Shown here one piece after another: positions 39,977 to 50,193 of a DNA stretch of 64,000 nt. The stretch comes from Alphaproteobacteria bacterium (GTDB taxonomy: Bacteria; Pseudomonadota; Alphaproteobacteria; Rickettsiales; JABCZZ01): positions 17,857 to 81,856 of the forward strand of contig JABDAT010000002.1 of assembly GCA_013288985.1 (NCBI GenBank), written 5' to 3'. Within the stretch, counting starts at the first letter, position 1. Every line of letters begins with the position of its first letter. The notes under the pieces were generated by a model. It worked only from the letters and a program-made list of their open reading frames with translations. It was not told where the DNA came from and did not search any database. The position numbers and the translations under genes are program-made.

Positions 39977-40306
39977 TTATCCTGCTGTTGCCTGGCTATT
40001 TTGTCCGCCACCACCACTACCTGTTGCTGCCTGGCTATCCTGTCCGCCACCACCTGCAGCTGACCCAAGCGCATATACACAGAGTTCTTCAAAGGAAACC
40101 CCATTCTCTTTAGCTATATTATGCAGCTTCTCAAAGCTTTCCATTACTTCAGAGGGAATGCTTCCGCCTTTTTCATTCGACAGCCAATGGGCCTGATTTT
40201 GCAGCGGGTGTTTTGTGGGATCAGGTTCGCCTACATAAATATGGAAAGGGGCTTTTTGGCCGCCAAAATCGCAAGGTATGGTAAAACGCTTCATACGCAC
40301 TCTCAC
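39977..40306 (-). CDS. Small conserved-looking hypothetical protein (109 aa) with a Gly/Gln/Ser tandem-repeat tail
   Basis: N-terminal 80 aa (FTIPCDFGGQKAPFHIYVGEPDPTKHPLQNQAHWLSNEKGGSIPSEVMESFEKLHNIAKENGVSFEEL) resembles small DUF-type proteins seen in intracellular bacteria (possibly DUF2610; unverified). The tail is encoded by the 39-bp repeat. Confidence 0.6.
   Translation of the reverse strand: MRVRMKRFTIPCDFGGQKAPFHIYVGEPDPTKHPLQNQAHWLSNEKGGSIPSEVMESFEKLHNIAKENGVSFEELCVYALGSAAGGGGQDSQAATGSGGGGQNSQATAG
39981..40058. repeat. Two tandem copies of a 39-bp unit inside the 3' end of the 109-aa gene
   Basis: Unit 1 is 39981-40019 (cctgctgttgcctggctattttgtccgccaccaccacta). Unit 2 is 40020-40058 (cctgttgctgcctggctatcctgtccgccaccacctgca). 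They encode GGGGQDSQAATGS / GGGGQNSQATAG. Confidence 0.85.
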
Positions 40307-40395
40307 TAAAAATCTTTTACATCATTATAGAGCCTAGCATAATATTGTTACCAAATTATGACCAGAACGCATTTTTCTGCTAATTATATATTGTT

Positions 40396-40692
40396 TTATA
40401 TAACTTTATTAAAAGCAAAATTAGCCGCATAGGACTTAGGTTTGATCACTCGCATTTTAGGTTCTGCCAGCTGAAAATCAAGCCCATTGCGTTTGGCATA
40501 AGCAATAGCTTCCTCCTGAGAATCAAAAGCTATTTGGATCTGACGCGTGGTGTCTTTCATGCCTGACCATCCCATGAGCGGATCGATAAAAAGAGAAGAT
40601 TCAGGAATAAATTCAAATATCCACTCACGGGTATTTGCCTGGCCGGATTGCATGGCAGTACGTGTAGGGCGGAAAATATGCGCTTTCATCAA
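40396..40692 (-). CDS. NDUFS4-like 'ETC complex I subunit conserved region' protein
   Basis: RPTRTAMQSGQANTREWIFEF...IDPLMGWSGMKDTTRQIQIAFDSQEEAIAYAKRNG...KPKSYAANF matches the alphaproteobacterial/mitochondrial NDUFS4 pattern. Confidence 0.88.
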   Translation of the reverse strand: MMKAHIFRPTRTAMQSGQANTREWIFEFIPESSLFIDPLMGWSGMKDTTRQIQIAFDSQEEAIAYAKRNGLDFQLAEPKMRVIKPKSYAANFAFNKVI

Positions 40693-40766
40693 GGCTCCGT
40701 AAACATTACTGATTCAGGCCAGCACTATACACATATCTAGCGGCAAAATAAACTTTTTTGGTAGAG

Positions 40767-43349
40767 TTAGCTCTTTTTAGCGGCTTTTTTCTTTGGTGTA
40801 GCAGAGGCTTTAGGCGCAGCAGCTTTTTTCTTACTGAAAGACTTTTTACCACTGCTGCCTTTTTCAGCAATCAATGCTATGGCTTCTTCCAGTGTATAAG
40901 ACTCTGCATCTGCGGTTTTGGGTAATGTCGCATTGATTTTACCATGCTTCACATAGGTGCCGTAGCGTCCTGCATAAATAGCGATCTGCCCGCCTTCAGG
41001 ATGAGCGCCCAATACTTTAAGTGGTGTTGCGGCTGAATTACCGGGTGCTTTCTTCTCTGCAATAACCGTTACTGCGCGGTTGATGCCGATAGTCAGCACA
41101 TCGTCATCGCCTTTGAGTGAAGTATATTTGCCGTCATGCAAGAGGTATGGCCCGAAACGGCCTATGCTGGCGCTAATCATTTTGCCGGTTTCAGGGTGTG
41201 CGCCAATTTCACGCGGCAGCGCCAGCAGCGACAATGCAATTTCCAGCGTCACTTGATCAGGTGCTATATGTTTAGGGAGGCTTGCGCGTTTGGGTTTCTT
41301 TTCATTTCCCAATTGCACATACATTCCGTACGGGCCTTTTTTAAGCACCACTTCCATTCCGCTGTGCGGATCACTGCCAAGCGGTTTAGGTTCGTTGCCC
41401 ATATCCGAAGGCGCGCCACCATCTTCACCGGCATCTGCCAGTTGCTTGGTATAATTGCATTCCGGGTAATTGGAGCATCCTAAAAATGCGCCAAATTTTC
41501 CGGTCTTAAGGCCAAGGCGTCCATTGGAACAGCTTGGGCAGGCGCGTGGGTCGGTGCCTTTGGCGAAGTTGCGATAGATGTAGGGCTCAAGCAGAGCATC
41601 CACCGCCTCAAGCACCGCTGGATTGGTCAGTTGTTTGGTGTCATCGACTGTAGCAATGAATGGCGCCCACCAGTCGCGCAGCACTTGCTTCCAGTCAATC
41701 TCGCCGGCCGAAACATCATCAAGGCGTTCTTCGAGCTGCGCGGTAAAATCATATTCCACATAACGCCGGAAGAAGCTCACCAGGAAGGCATTTACAATGC
41801 GCCCACGTGCTTCGGCAATGAAACGTTTCTTATCGAGTTTTACATAGTCACGCTCCTGCAATACCGAGATAATGCTGGCATAAGTAGAGGGGCGGCCAAT
41901 GCCTAATTCTTCTAGTCTCTTGACCAGGCTTGCTTCAGTAAAGCGCGGCGGCGGCTCAGTGAAATGCTGCTCGGGCACGACTTCTTTCAGTGCAAGTGTT
42001 TCGTTCAGTGTAAGCGCTGGCAGGGCACGCGATTCTTCATCTTCCTCGTCGTCATCCTTGCTTTCCTGGTAAAGCGTCAGGAATCCGTCAAAGCGCATTA
42101 CTGAGCCGGTGGCACGCAGCACAGCCTGCTTATCCGATGATTCAATATCAACCGATACCTGATCAAATACGGCGCTTTCCATCTGACTTGCCATCATGCG
42201 CTTCCAGATGAGTTCATAGAGGCGGAATAAATCGCGGTCGAGGGTGGATTCAATTTTTTCAGGCAGGCGCGTAACATCGGTTGGGCGAATGGCCTCATGC
42301 GCTTCCTGCGCATTCTTTTGCTTAGTTTTATAGACACGCGGCGATGCAGGCATATAGTTCGCACCGTATTTTTTGCCAATGAGTTCGCGCGCGCCAATGA
42401 TAGCTTCTTGCGATACGGTTACACCGTCGGTACGCATATAGGTAATGAGGCCTACCGTTTCGCCGCCTATATCCACACCTTCATATAACTTCTGCGCAAC
42501 CTGCATGGTTCTCTTGGCGCTGAAGCCAAGCTTGCGCGATGCGTCCTGCTGAAGCGTGGAAGTGGTAAAAGGCGGGTAGGGGTGGCGGCGCACTTGTTTG
42601 GGATCAATGCTGGAAATGGCATATTGCTTGGTTTCAAGCTGTGCAGTAATCGCTTTTGCCTGTGTTTCATTCGGAATATCGAATTTTTCAAGCTTCTTGC
42701 CCTGCCAATGCGACAGCTTGGCTTTAAAGGGGATGTCGGAAGCGTTTGCCACCAGCGCGCGGATATCCCAATATTCCTGGGAGATAAATTTTTCAATTTC
42801 TTCATCGCGCTCGCAGATAAGGCGCAGCGCTACAGATTGTACACGACCTGCTGATTTACTGCCCGGCAATTTCCGCCATAAGACTGGCGAAAGGGTGAAT
42901 CCTACGAGATAATCAAGTGCGCGGCGCGCCTGCTGTGCATTGACCAGATGCATATCAATCGCGCGTGGATGCTTCATCGCTTCTAAAATAGCGTTTTTGG
43001 TAATTTCATTAAATACCACGCGTTCAACTTCTATCTTTTTAGGCAGCGCCTTGCTTTCTTTGAGCGCTTCAAGCACATGCCAGGATATCGCTTCGCCTTC
43101 GCGATCAGGGTCGGTCGCGAGTATCAGCGTGTCGGAGCCTTTAATTGCCTTAGCAATGGCGCTCACCTGCTTTTTGGCATCGGCGTCGACCTCATAGGTC
43201 ATGGCAAAGTCTTCAGCAGGACGAACGGATCCATCCTTGGACGGCAAATCGCGCACATGGCCGAATGAGGCAAGAACATGATAGTCCTTACCCAGATATT
43301 TATTGATAGTTTTAGCTTTTGACGGAGACTCGACTACAACAACTTTCAT
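40767..43349 (-). CDS. topA: DNA topoisomerase I
   Basis: TOPRIM N-terminus MKVVVVESPSKAKTINKYLG, type IA core, zinc-ribbon CPSCSNGRLGLKTGKFGAFLGCSNYPEC, Lys-rich tail. TAATG overlap with dprA. Confidence 0.97.
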   Translation of the reverse strand: MKVVVVESPSKAKTINKYLGKDYHVLASFGHVRDLPSKDGSVRPAEDFAMTYEVDADAKKQVSAIAKAIKGSDTLILATDPDREGEAISWHVLEALKESKALPKKIEVERVVFNEITKNAILEAMKHPRAIDMHLVNAQQARRALDYLVGFTLSPVLWRKLPGSKSAGRVQSVALRLICERDEEIEKFISQEYWDIRALVANASDIPFKAKLSHWQGKKLEKFDIPNETQAKAITAQLETKQYAISSIDPKQVRRHPYPPFTTSTLQQDASRKLGFSAKRTMQVAQKLYEGVDIGGETVGLITYMRTDGVTVSQEAIIGARELIGKKYGANYMPASPRVYKTKQKNAQEAHEAIRPTDVTRLPEKIESTLDRDLFRLYELIWKRMMASQMESAVFDQVSVDIESSDKQAVLRATGSVMRFDGFLTLYQESKDDDEEDEESRALPALTLNETLALKEVVPEQHFTEPPPRFTEASLVKRLEELGIGRPSTYASIISVLQERDYVKLDKKRFIAEARGRIVNAFLVSFFRRYVEYDFTAQLEERLDDVSAGEIDWKQVLRDWWAPFIATVDDTKQLTNPAVLEAVDALLEPYIYRNFAKGTDPRACPSCSNGRLGLKTGKFGAFLGCSNYPECNYTKQLADAGEDGGAPSDMGNEPKPLGSDPHSGMEVVLKKGPYGMYVQLGNEKKPKRASLPKHIAPDQVTLEIALSLLALPREIGAHPETGKMISASIGRFGPYLLHDGKYTSLKGDDDVLTIGINRAVTVIAEKKAPGNSAATPLKVLGAHPEGGQIAIYAGRYGTYVKHGKINATLPKTADAESYTLEEAIALIAEKGSSGKKSFSKKKAAAPKASATPKKKAAKKS

Positions 43350-44545
43350 TACGAAACCAACGATTCCTCTTCCAGTCTTAGTGAGACTTTATGACCGGCA
43401 TGTCTTTGCAGCCTGCCAGCAAGTTCCAGTTCAAGCAATACTAACGATAGTAAATTGGGCGTTAATTGACACTGAATAAGCAATTCGTCAACTAAAACCG
43501 GATTATAAGCCAATTTGGAGTGCACCAGCTTACGGGCTTCATTCAGCTCGCCTTCATCCGGTGCGGGCGCTTGTGCAGCGGTAAAATCTTCTCTTTCCTG
43601 TTCTTTGATGCTAAGCGGAATCTGATGCCTGAACGCGCTGATTACATCATCAATGGATTCACAGACAATGGCCCCCTGCTTGATGAGATTATTAGTTCCC
43701 TTGCAGCGCGGGTCCATAGGCGATCCCGGCACGGCAAATACTTCACGGTTCTGGTCAAGTGCAAAACGCGAAGTAATAAGTGAACCTGATTTGAGTGATG
43801 CTTCCACGACAACTGTGCCAAAAGATATCCCAGAGATAATGCGGTTGCGGCCGGGAAAACTATGTGCATGCGGAGCGGCGCCAAAAGGCTGCTCGGTAAT
43901 AATCGCGCCTTGCTTAACGATGGAATCATACAGCGATTGATTTTCGGGCGGGTAGACATGATCAATGCCGCTTGCCATCACTGCAACTGTTCCGGTTGCA
44001 AGCGATCCGGCATGCGCTGCAGTATCAATGCCGCGCGCCAAGCCTGAAACAACGCTAAACCCTTTATTGCCGGCATCTGCTGCCAATTTTTTGGCAAACT
44101 GATAGCCATTGGCAGAGGCATTGCGTGAACCGACAATCGCCAAAGTCTTTTTACTTTGCCAGACAGTGGGAAACCCAAGCACCGTTATCACCGGCGGCGG
44201 ATCATATATATTCATGAGCAGTTGCGGATAGGCCTCTTCGCCAAAACGCACCATGCGCGCGCCAAGTTTTTCAACCTGTTCAATTTCTTTTTCAGCGTCT
44301 TTTACCGTGTAACATAATACCGGTTTACGGCGGCCGCCTTTAGCGGCAAGGGTAGGGATAGCTTCAAGGGCGCTTTTGGCAGCACCAAACTGGCGCACAA
44401 GGTTGAAAAACGTCACCGGCCCGACATTCTCACTGCGGATAAGACGCAGCACATCCACCAGCGATTCATTTGCCAGGAATTTCTGCAGGCCTTTCCAGGA
44501 TTCAGGATGGCTCATTAATTTTTCTCCATTTACTTTCCGTGCCAT
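43349..44545 (-). CDS. dprA: DNA-processing protein DprA (Smf)
   Basis: Rossmann-like core LAIVGSRNAS...SGLARGIDTAAHAGSL...FAVPGSPMDPRCKGTNNLIKQGA. Start uncertain (44545 or 44515). Confidence 0.9.
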   Translation of the reverse strand: MARKVNGEKLMSHPESWKGLQKFLANESLVDVLRLIRSENVGPVTFFNLVRQFGAAKSALEAIPTLAAKGGRRKPVLCYTVKDAEKEIEQVEKLGARMVRFGEEAYPQLLMNIYDPPPVITVLGFPTVWQSKKTLAIVGSRNASANGYQFAKKLAADAGNKGFSVVSGLARGIDTAAHAGSLATGTVAVMASGIDHVYPPENQSLYDSIVKQGAIITEQPFGAAPHAHSFPGRNRIISGISFGTVVVEASLKSGSLITSRFALDQNREVFAVPGSPMDPRCKGTNNLIKQGAIVCESIDDVISAFRHQIPLSIKEQEREDFTAAQAPAPDEGELNEARKLVHSKLAYNPVLVDELLIQCQLTPNLLSLVLLELELAGRLQRHAGHKVSLRLEEESLVS

Positions 44546-45218
44546 TGAGCAGGCGTTTGATATTATCCTTATGCTTGGCGATTACAAGTAGTGCAAGTAA
44601 CAGTGAAAAAGATGCTGTAAATGTGGGATTTGCTTTAGCATTATATTCGGGGATATCATAAATGAACATAACTGCGATTAGAGGCGATGCTCCAATACTG
44701 ATAATAGCGGCGAGTGAAGAGATGCGGGTAAAGTAAAAAACCCCAATCCAAAGTAATATAGTTGTAAGACCAATGAGAGGCAATTGTATATAGGGGTATA
44801 ATTGAATTGCGCACAAAATGCCCAAACTGGTTGCAACACCTTTGCCGCCTTTAAATTTTAGCCATACTGGAAATATATGACCCAGCACAGGTGCAATAAT
44901 AATTAGGAGTCTCAATATATAAGAAAGCGAATTATTATATATTGTTATGTCGGCATCATTAAAGAAAACTTTGAAGAAAATAATTTCATTGGCAACATAG
45001 CCCGCAATATAACCAATAATTCCTTTAAGAAAATCTAGCAGCAAGGTTGCTAATGCCAATCCTTTTTTGCCGGTGCGCAACATATTGGTTGCTCCAATAT
45101 TGCCGGAACCAATATGTCGGATATCACCTACACCAAACAGTTTGCCAAGAATCAGGCCAAAAGGAATGGAACCGATAAAATAGGCAATAAAAAATGGTAT
45201 AAGCAGCCACAATATCAT
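44502..45218 (-). CDS. plsY: Glycerol-3-phosphate acyltransferase PlsY
   Basis: GSIPFGLILGK, GSGNIGATNMLRTGKK, LGHIFPVWLKFKGGKGVAT, HKDNIKRLLNGTE. Carries an extra segment of about 20 aa between the second and third conserved blocks. Confidence 0.9.
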   Translation of the reverse strand: MILWLLIPFFIAYFIGSIPFGLILGKLFGVGDIRHIGSGNIGATNMLRTGKKGLALATLLLDFLKGIIGYIAGYVANEIIFFKVFFNDADITIYNNSLSYILRLLIIIAPVLGHIFPVWLKFKGGKGVATSLGILCAIQLYPYIQLPLIGLTTILLWIGVFYFTRISSLAAIISIGASPLIAVMFIYDIPEYNAKANPTFTASFSLLLALLVIAKHKDNIKRLLNGTESKWRKINEPS

Positions 45219-45685
45219 GAGCTATTCCTTCCCATTATATCCAAAACCCCCTGCAAAATATAACTTGCGGCCATTTTATCCACTAGTTCTGCCCTGCGTG
45301 CACGCGATAAATCTGCATCCATCATCGTGCGTGTGACCGCCATCGTGCTCATGCGCTCGTCAAATAGCAGCATCGGTATTCTTACCTTTTCTTCCAGATT
45401 GCGCGTAAATTGTCGTATGGATTGACACCGCGGGCCTTCGGAGCCGTCCATATTGATCGGATAACCAATCACAAATGCACCTATATTATATTCTTTTACA
45501 AGCGTTATTAACGTTTCGGCATCTTTGCTGAACTTGCCGCGGCTAATGGTTTTATAGGGTGTGGCAATCATGCGGCCGACATCGCTCAGCGCCAGCCCAA
45601 TCGTGGTTTCGCCTACATCCAGCCCCAGCAAACGCTGGTCTTTGGTCAGGAGCGGGGTTAGGTCAGCCGGAGAAAGGTGATTCAT
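45215..45685 (-). CDS. ruvX: YqgF/RuvX Holliday-junction-resolvase-like nuclease
   Basis: LLGLDVGETTIGLALSD ... VIGYPINMDGSEGP ... DERMST pattern. ATGA overlap with plsY. Confidence 0.9.
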   Translation of the reverse strand: MNHLSPADLTPLLTKDQRLLGLDVGETTIGLALSDVGRMIATPYKTISRGKFSKDAETLITLVKEYNIGAFVIGYPINMDGSEGPRCQSIRQFTRNLEEKVRIPMLLFDERMSTMAVTRTMMDADLSRARRAELVDKMAASYILQGVLDIMGRNSS

Positions 45686-45774
45686 AATACTCTTCTAGTC
45701 ACAAAGTAGTTTACTCTGCAATGGATAGTTTTTATAACCACTGCTCGCAACTATTAACCCGGCGCCATAATTCT

Positions 45775-46062
45775 ATGACATTAGACATTACTGCCATTAC
45801 CAAAATTGCCAAACTTGCTCATATCGAAGTGAGTGACGCGGAGAAAGAGCATTTCGCGCGCGAACTCTCAGGCATTTTTAAATGGATTGAGCAGCTCAGT
45901 GAAGTCAATACCGATAATGTGCCGCAGCTTACCAGCGTTTCCGATACTCCGCTGCCCTGGCGCGAGGATAAAATTACCGACGGCCATAAGCGCGATGCCA
46001 TACTAGCCAATGCGCCAGCGAGTGAATATGGTTGTTTTGTTGTACCGAAGGTGATCGAGTAA
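45775..46062 (+). CDS. gatC: Asp/Glu-tRNA amidotransferase subunit C
   Basis: ATG at 45775 gives [46 protein letters not shown] overlap with gatA. Confidence 0.9.
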   Translation: MTLDITAITKIAKLAHIEVSDAEKEHFARELSGIFKWIEQLSEVNTDNVPQLTSVSDTPLPWREDKITDGHKRDAILANAPASEYGCFVVPKVIE

Positions 46063-47546
46063 TGGGCAATCCTACCGATTTTACTCTTGCTGAAGCACGC
46101 GATGCTTTAAAGGCCAAAAAACTCTCTTCGCGTGAGCTAACACAGGCCTATGTAAGCAATATTGAAAAGCATAATCCTGCGCTCAATGCTTATATCACCA
46201 CCACTCCTGAGCGCGCCCTTAAAGATGCAGACGCCGCCGATGTGCGCATTGCTAAAGGGCAGGCGGGCGCACTGGAAGGCATTCCGCTTGCCATCAAAGA
46301 TTTATTCTGCACCAACGGCGTTCAGACTACTGCAGCGTCGCATATCCTCAAAGGATTCGTTCCGCAGTATGAATCTTTTGTAACTAGCAAACTCTGGCAA
46401 GCGGGCGGCGTGATGCTCGGCAAAACCAATCTCGACGAATTCGCCATGGGCTCGTCCAATACCACCAGTAATTTTGGCAATGTAATTAATCCATGGAAAG
46501 CTAAAGGCAGCACTAAAGATTTAGTGCCGGGTGGTTCATCCGGTGGTTCTGCCGCTGCCGTGGCTGCGCGCATGTGCCTGGCTGCAACCGGTACCGATAC
46601 GGGCGGTTCCATTCGCCAGCCTGCGGCTTTTTGCGGTATTGTCGGCATAAAACCAACCTATGGGCGCTGCTCGCGCTGGGGAGTCATTGCTTTTGCCAGT
46701 TCACTCGATCAAGCGGGCATGTTTGCGCGCAATGTGCGTGACGCAGCCATCACTCAAACAGTTATCTGTGGCCATGACCCGCAGGATTCCACTTCACAAT
46801 TGCTCGCTGTGCCGGATTTTGAAAAGGCGCTTTCGGGTAATATCAAGGGACTCAGAATTGGCATTCCCAAAGAATACCGTGTGGACGGCATTGATTCAGA
46901 AATCTCCGCTTTATGGGATAAAGGCATTGGCTGGCTTAAAAGCGCAGGCGCGGAAATTATTGATGTAAGCCTGCCGCATACCAAATACGCACTGCCTACT
47001 TATTATATTATTGCGCCTGCTGAGGCTTCTTCCAATCTCTCGCGTTATGACGGCATACGTTATGGGCAACGCGTTACGCCTCAAGGCGGATCGCTTACCG
47101 ATATGTATTGTCAAACCCGCGCCGCCGGATTTGGCAAGGAAGTAAAGCGTCGTATTATGATTGGCACTTATGTGCTTTCTGCCGGTTATTATGATGCCTA
47201 TTATAAGAAAGCGCAGCGTGTGCGTTATCTCATTGCCCAGGATTTTAAGAATGTGTTTGAAAAAGTCGATGCGCTGTTAACGCCTACTGCGCCTTCGGCT
47301 GCTTTTGCCATTGGTGAGAATAGCGACGACCCGGTAAAAATGTATTTAAATGACGTATTCACTATTCCATCGAGTCTCGCAGGACTTCCCGCGCTTTCGC
47401 TGCCTGCAGGACTATCAGATAAAGGATTGCCGCTTGGCTTGCAACTCATCGGGAAAGCATTTGATGAAGAGACCGTGTTCCGTATTGCTGGCGTAATGGA
47501 AGAGGCAGCGCAGTTCAAAGCTGTGCCGCAGGAAGTGGAAGCATGA
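46062..47546 (+). CDS. gatA: Asp/Glu-tRNA amidotransferase subunit A
   Basis: Amidase signature [13 protein letters not shown] and [16 protein letters not shown]. Start ATG at 46062. Confidence 0.97.
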   Translation: MGNPTDFTLAEARDALKAKKLSSRELTQAYVSNIEKHNPALNAYITTTPERALKDADAADVRIAKGQAGALEGIPLAIKDLFCTNGVQTTAASHILKGFVPQYESFVTSKLWQAGGVMLGKTNLDEFAMGSSNTTSNFGNVINPWKAKGSTKDLVPGGSSGGSAAAVAARMCLAATGTDTGGSIRQPAAFCGIVGIKPTYGRCSRWGVIAFASSLDQAGMFARNVRDAAITQTVICGHDPQDSTSQLLAVPDFEKALSGNIKGLRIGIPKEYRVDGIDSEISALWDKGIGWLKSAGAEIIDVSLPHTKYALPTYYIIAPAEASSNLSRYDGIRYGQRVTPQGGSLTDMYCQTRAAGFGKEVKRRIMIGTYVLSAGYYDAYYKKAQRVRYLIAQDFKNVFEKVDALLTPTAPSAAFAIGENSDDPVKMYLNDVFTIPSSLAGLPALSLPAGLSDKGLPLGLQLIGKAFDEETVFRIAGVMEEAAQFKAVPQEVEA

Positions 47547-49000
47547 GCGCTCCTTACCGCATTAAAGGCAATACCGGAGAGTGGGAGGTGATTCTTGGCC
47601 TTGAGGTGCATGCCCAGGTGTCATCCAAATCCAAACTTTTTTCCGGCGCGCCCAATGATTTTGGCTCTGAGCCCAACGAAAACGTATCGTTAATCGATGC
47701 CGGCATGCCAGGCATGTTGCCGGTTATTAATGGTTACTGTGTTGAGCAGGCAGTGCGTACTGGGCTGGGGCTCAAAGCGCAGATTAATCTGCGTTCAGTG
47801 TTTGATCGCAAAAATTATTTTTATCCTGATTTGCCGCAAGGCTACCAGATTTCACAATTCCTCGATCCTATTGTGGGCAAAGGTACGTTATGCATCGATA
47901 TGCCCGACGGCAGCACACGCGATATCGGCATTACCCGACTGCATCTGGAACAGGATGCAGGAAAAAGCCTTCATGAACACAGCCCCAAACATACTTTCAT
48001 CGACCTGAACCGTGCTGGCATCGCACTGATGGAAATTGTATCCGAACCCGATATGCGTTCCCCTGAAGAAGCCGGGCTATATGTAAAGAAGCTGCGCTCC
48101 ATTGTGCGCTATCTTGGCACTTGCGACGGCGATATGGAAAAAGGCAGCATGCGCTGCGACGTAAACGTATCAGTGCGCAAACCCGGTGCCCCGCTTGGCA
48201 CACGCTGCGAAATTAAAAACGTCAATTCGGTGCGCTTTATGATTAAGGCTATCGAGTTTGAAGCCCAGCGTCAGGTGGAAATATTGGAAAATGGCGGCAA
48301 GATTGATCAGGAAACGCGGCTGTTTGATTCCAGCACCGGTGAAACCCGCACCATGCGCAGCAAAGAGGACGCACATGATTACCGTTATTTCCCCGACCCT
48401 GATTTGCTCCCGCTTGAATTTTCGCAGGAGTTTGTGAATAAAATCAAGGCAACATTACCCGAATTACCCGACGATAAAAAACAACGTTATATAAATGATT
48501 TGGGTCTGTCGCCTTACGATGCAAGTGTGTTGGTAGCCGATCAACTTACAACGCAATATTTTGAAACGATAGCCGCCAAACATAATGCTAAACTAGCTTC
48601 CAACTGGATTACGGTAGGATTATTTGGCAGGCTTAACAAAGCTGGTCTTGAAATTGATGCATCGCCTATTTCCACTGATGCATTAAGTGGCCTGCTGGCA
48701 TTAATTGAAGACAACACCATCTCCGGCAAAATCGCTAATGTTGTGTTTGATAAGATGTTTGAAACCGGTAAGTCTGCTGTACAGATTGTTGATGAGGAAG
48801 GTCTCAAACAAGTTACCGATACCGGCGCCATTGAAAAAGTTATTGATGAAGTTATTGCTGCCAATCCCGACAAGGTGGCTGAATACCGCTCCGGCAAAGA
48901 TAAACTGTTTGCATTTTTTGTAGGGCAGGTAATGAAAGCATCGGGTGGAAAAGCCAATCCCGGAATGGTCAATGAATTATTGAAGAAAAAACTAGCCTAA
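47543..49000 (+). CDS. gatB: Asp/Glu-tRNA amidotransferase subunit B
   Basis: GLEVHAQ..., [47 protein letters not shown] overlap with gatA. Confidence 0.97.
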   Translation: MSAPYRIKGNTGEWEVILGLEVHAQVSSKSKLFSGAPNDFGSEPNENVSLIDAGMPGMLPVINGYCVEQAVRTGLGLKAQINLRSVFDRKNYFYPDLPQGYQISQFLDPIVGKGTLCIDMPDGSTRDIGITRLHLEQDAGKSLHEHSPKHTFIDLNRAGIALMEIVSEPDMRSPEEAGLYVKKLRSIVRYLGTCDGDMEKGSMRCDVNVSVRKPGAPLGTRCEIKNVNSVRFMIKAIEFEAQRQVEILENGGKIDQETRLFDSSTGETRTMRSKEDAHDYRYFPDPDLLPLEFSQEFVNKIKATLPELPDDKKQRYINDLGLSPYDASVLVADQLTTQYFETIAAKHNAKLASNWITVGLFGRLNKAGLEIDASPISTDALSGLLALIEDNTISGKIANVVFDKMFETGKSAVQIVDEEGLKQVTDTGAIEKVIDEVIAANPDKVAEYRSGKDKLFAFFVGQVMKASGGKANPGMVNELLKKKLA

Positions 49001-49013
49001 TTCCTAAAAATAA

Positions 49014-49035
49014 GCCATAATAATAAAATTATGGC
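49014..49035. promoter_or_regulatory. Inverted repeat GCCATAAT-aataaa-ATTATGGC upstream of the AbrB-type antitoxin gene; candidate operator
   Basis: 49014-49021 GCCATAAT and 49028-49035 ATTATGGC, followed by ATAAT. The same 8-bp arms occur at 696-713. Confidence 0.4.
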
Positions 49036-49056
49036 ATAATTAATGGAATATGGCGT

Positions 49057-49299
49057 ATGCAGGAACATCGAATAAAAATAGGCGAAGGTGGCCGCTTGAT
49101 TATTCCTGCGCCGTATCGCAAGGCAATGGGCGTTCACCCTGGTGACGAGTTGGTCATACGTCTACAAGATGGTGAACTGCGTCTTTTTCAGCAAGCTGAA
49201 GCTCTCAAGCGTATACGTGCTGCCGTAAAAAATGGGAAACATACAAAAAGTCATTTGGATAATTTTCTTGCTTTTCGCCGTAAAGATTCCGGCGAATAA
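49057..49299 (+). CDS. AbrB/MazE/SpoVT-fold antitoxin
   Basis: IKIGEGGRLIIPAPYRKAMGVHPGDELVIRLQDGELRL is a typical swapped-hairpin AbrB-like N-domain. The PIN gene starts 5 nt downstream. Confidence 0.75.
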   Translation: MQEHRIKIGEGGRLIIPAPYRKAMGVHPGDELVIRLQDGELRLFQQAEALKRIRAAVKNGKHTKSHLDNFLAFRRKDSGE

Positions 49300-49304
49300 T
49301 TATT

Positions 49305-49691
49305 ATGACTAAATCTATCGTTCTAGATGCTTCCGCGTTAATTTCTTCAATATACCAAGAAAAAGGGGCGGAGATTGTTGACCATTATTTACCTTGCGCC
49401 ATAATTTCTGCAGTTAATCTTACCGAAGTTGCTTCCTATATGGTGCGCGAAGGAATGGAGTTTAAGAAAGTCGAGGAATTACTTAGAGATCTTTCGCTTG
49501 ATATTTCTGATTATAATGAAAAAGAGGCATTGCTGGCAGCCAGTTTACTGCCAAAAACATCGCCTAAAGGATTATCATTGGGCGATCGTGCCTGCCTTGC
49601 ACTTGCCATGAGAGTAAATCTACCAGTACTTACTGCTGACAAGGTATGGAAAACGCTAGGTCTCAGCGTTAAAATAGAAACGTTTCGGTGA
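49305..49691 (+). CDS. vapC: PIN-domain toxin (VapC-like)
   Basis: IVLDASALIS (N-terminal Asp), NLTEV, LSLGDRACLALA, VLTADK. Confidence 0.75.
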   Translation: MTKSIVLDASALISSIYQEKGAEIVDHYLPCAIISAVNLTEVASYMVREGMEFKKVEELLRDLSLDISDYNEKEALLAASLLPKTSPKGLSLGDRACLALAMRVNLPVLTADKVWKTLGLSVKIETFR

Positions 49692-49692
49692 T

Positions 49693-50121
49693 TTACTTCT
49701 TTTCGGCCACCGCTAAATCATCCAGCCGTGCCACGCGCTGATAAAGTTCATAGCTTTTATCCAGTATCTCAGTCATTCCCTGAGGCAGCACCGATTCCGC
49801 TTCAATATGCTGGTTCAAACATACTTCGCGGCAGTCCAAACGGTAATTCTTATTGGCTTCGTTCTCCGTGAGTTTTCCGATAAAGACTGCCTTGCGCGCC
49901 ATGAGCCACGCCATAATACATGAGAGGCGCATGGTAATGCGCGACATCTCGCTTGCATACATAGTGCGAACACGCGGCGTCATTTTCTGCTGTTCAGGCT
50001 CGCCGTAAGTATAAAAATAATCATGGGCTTCGGCGAGCAGGTACAACGTCTCGTCATAAAGCCCCGGTAGGATTACTACCGTTTCAGTTTTTACTGCCGC
50101 CTTTTTACGCTTGCCTGCCAT
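49693..50121 (-). CDS. rcdA: DUF1465-family protein (RcdA-like, regulator of CtrA degradation)
   Basis: 142 aa. LYDETLYLLAEAHDYF... and EMSRITMRLSCIMAWLMARKAV resemble the DUF1465/RcdA helical-bundle pattern. Recognised from memory, not searched. Confidence 0.55.
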   Translation of the reverse strand: MAGKRKKAAVKTETVVILPGLYDETLYLLAEAHDYFYTYGEPEQQKMTPRVRTMYASEMSRITMRLSCIMAWLMARKAVFIGKLTENEANKNYRLDCREVCLNQHIEAESVLPQGMTEILDKSYELYQRVARLDDLAVAEKK

Positions 50122-50193
50122 ACAAGGCCCTTCTTGTTATCCAGTATTTTATAGCACATAATAGTTATATTATTATTAACAAAGTACGGTTTT

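Noticed and set aside
39981-40058. Direct repeats considered as a possible CRISPR or minisatellite array.
   Set aside because: There are only two adjacent copies, no spacers, they lie wholly within an ORF and in frame, and no cas genes are in the window.
45260-45275. Near-consensus DnaA box (TTATCCACT) considered as a hint of a replication origin.
   Set aside because: It is a single imperfect box inside the ruvX coding sequence. There is no cluster of boxes and no AT-rich unwinding element nearby.
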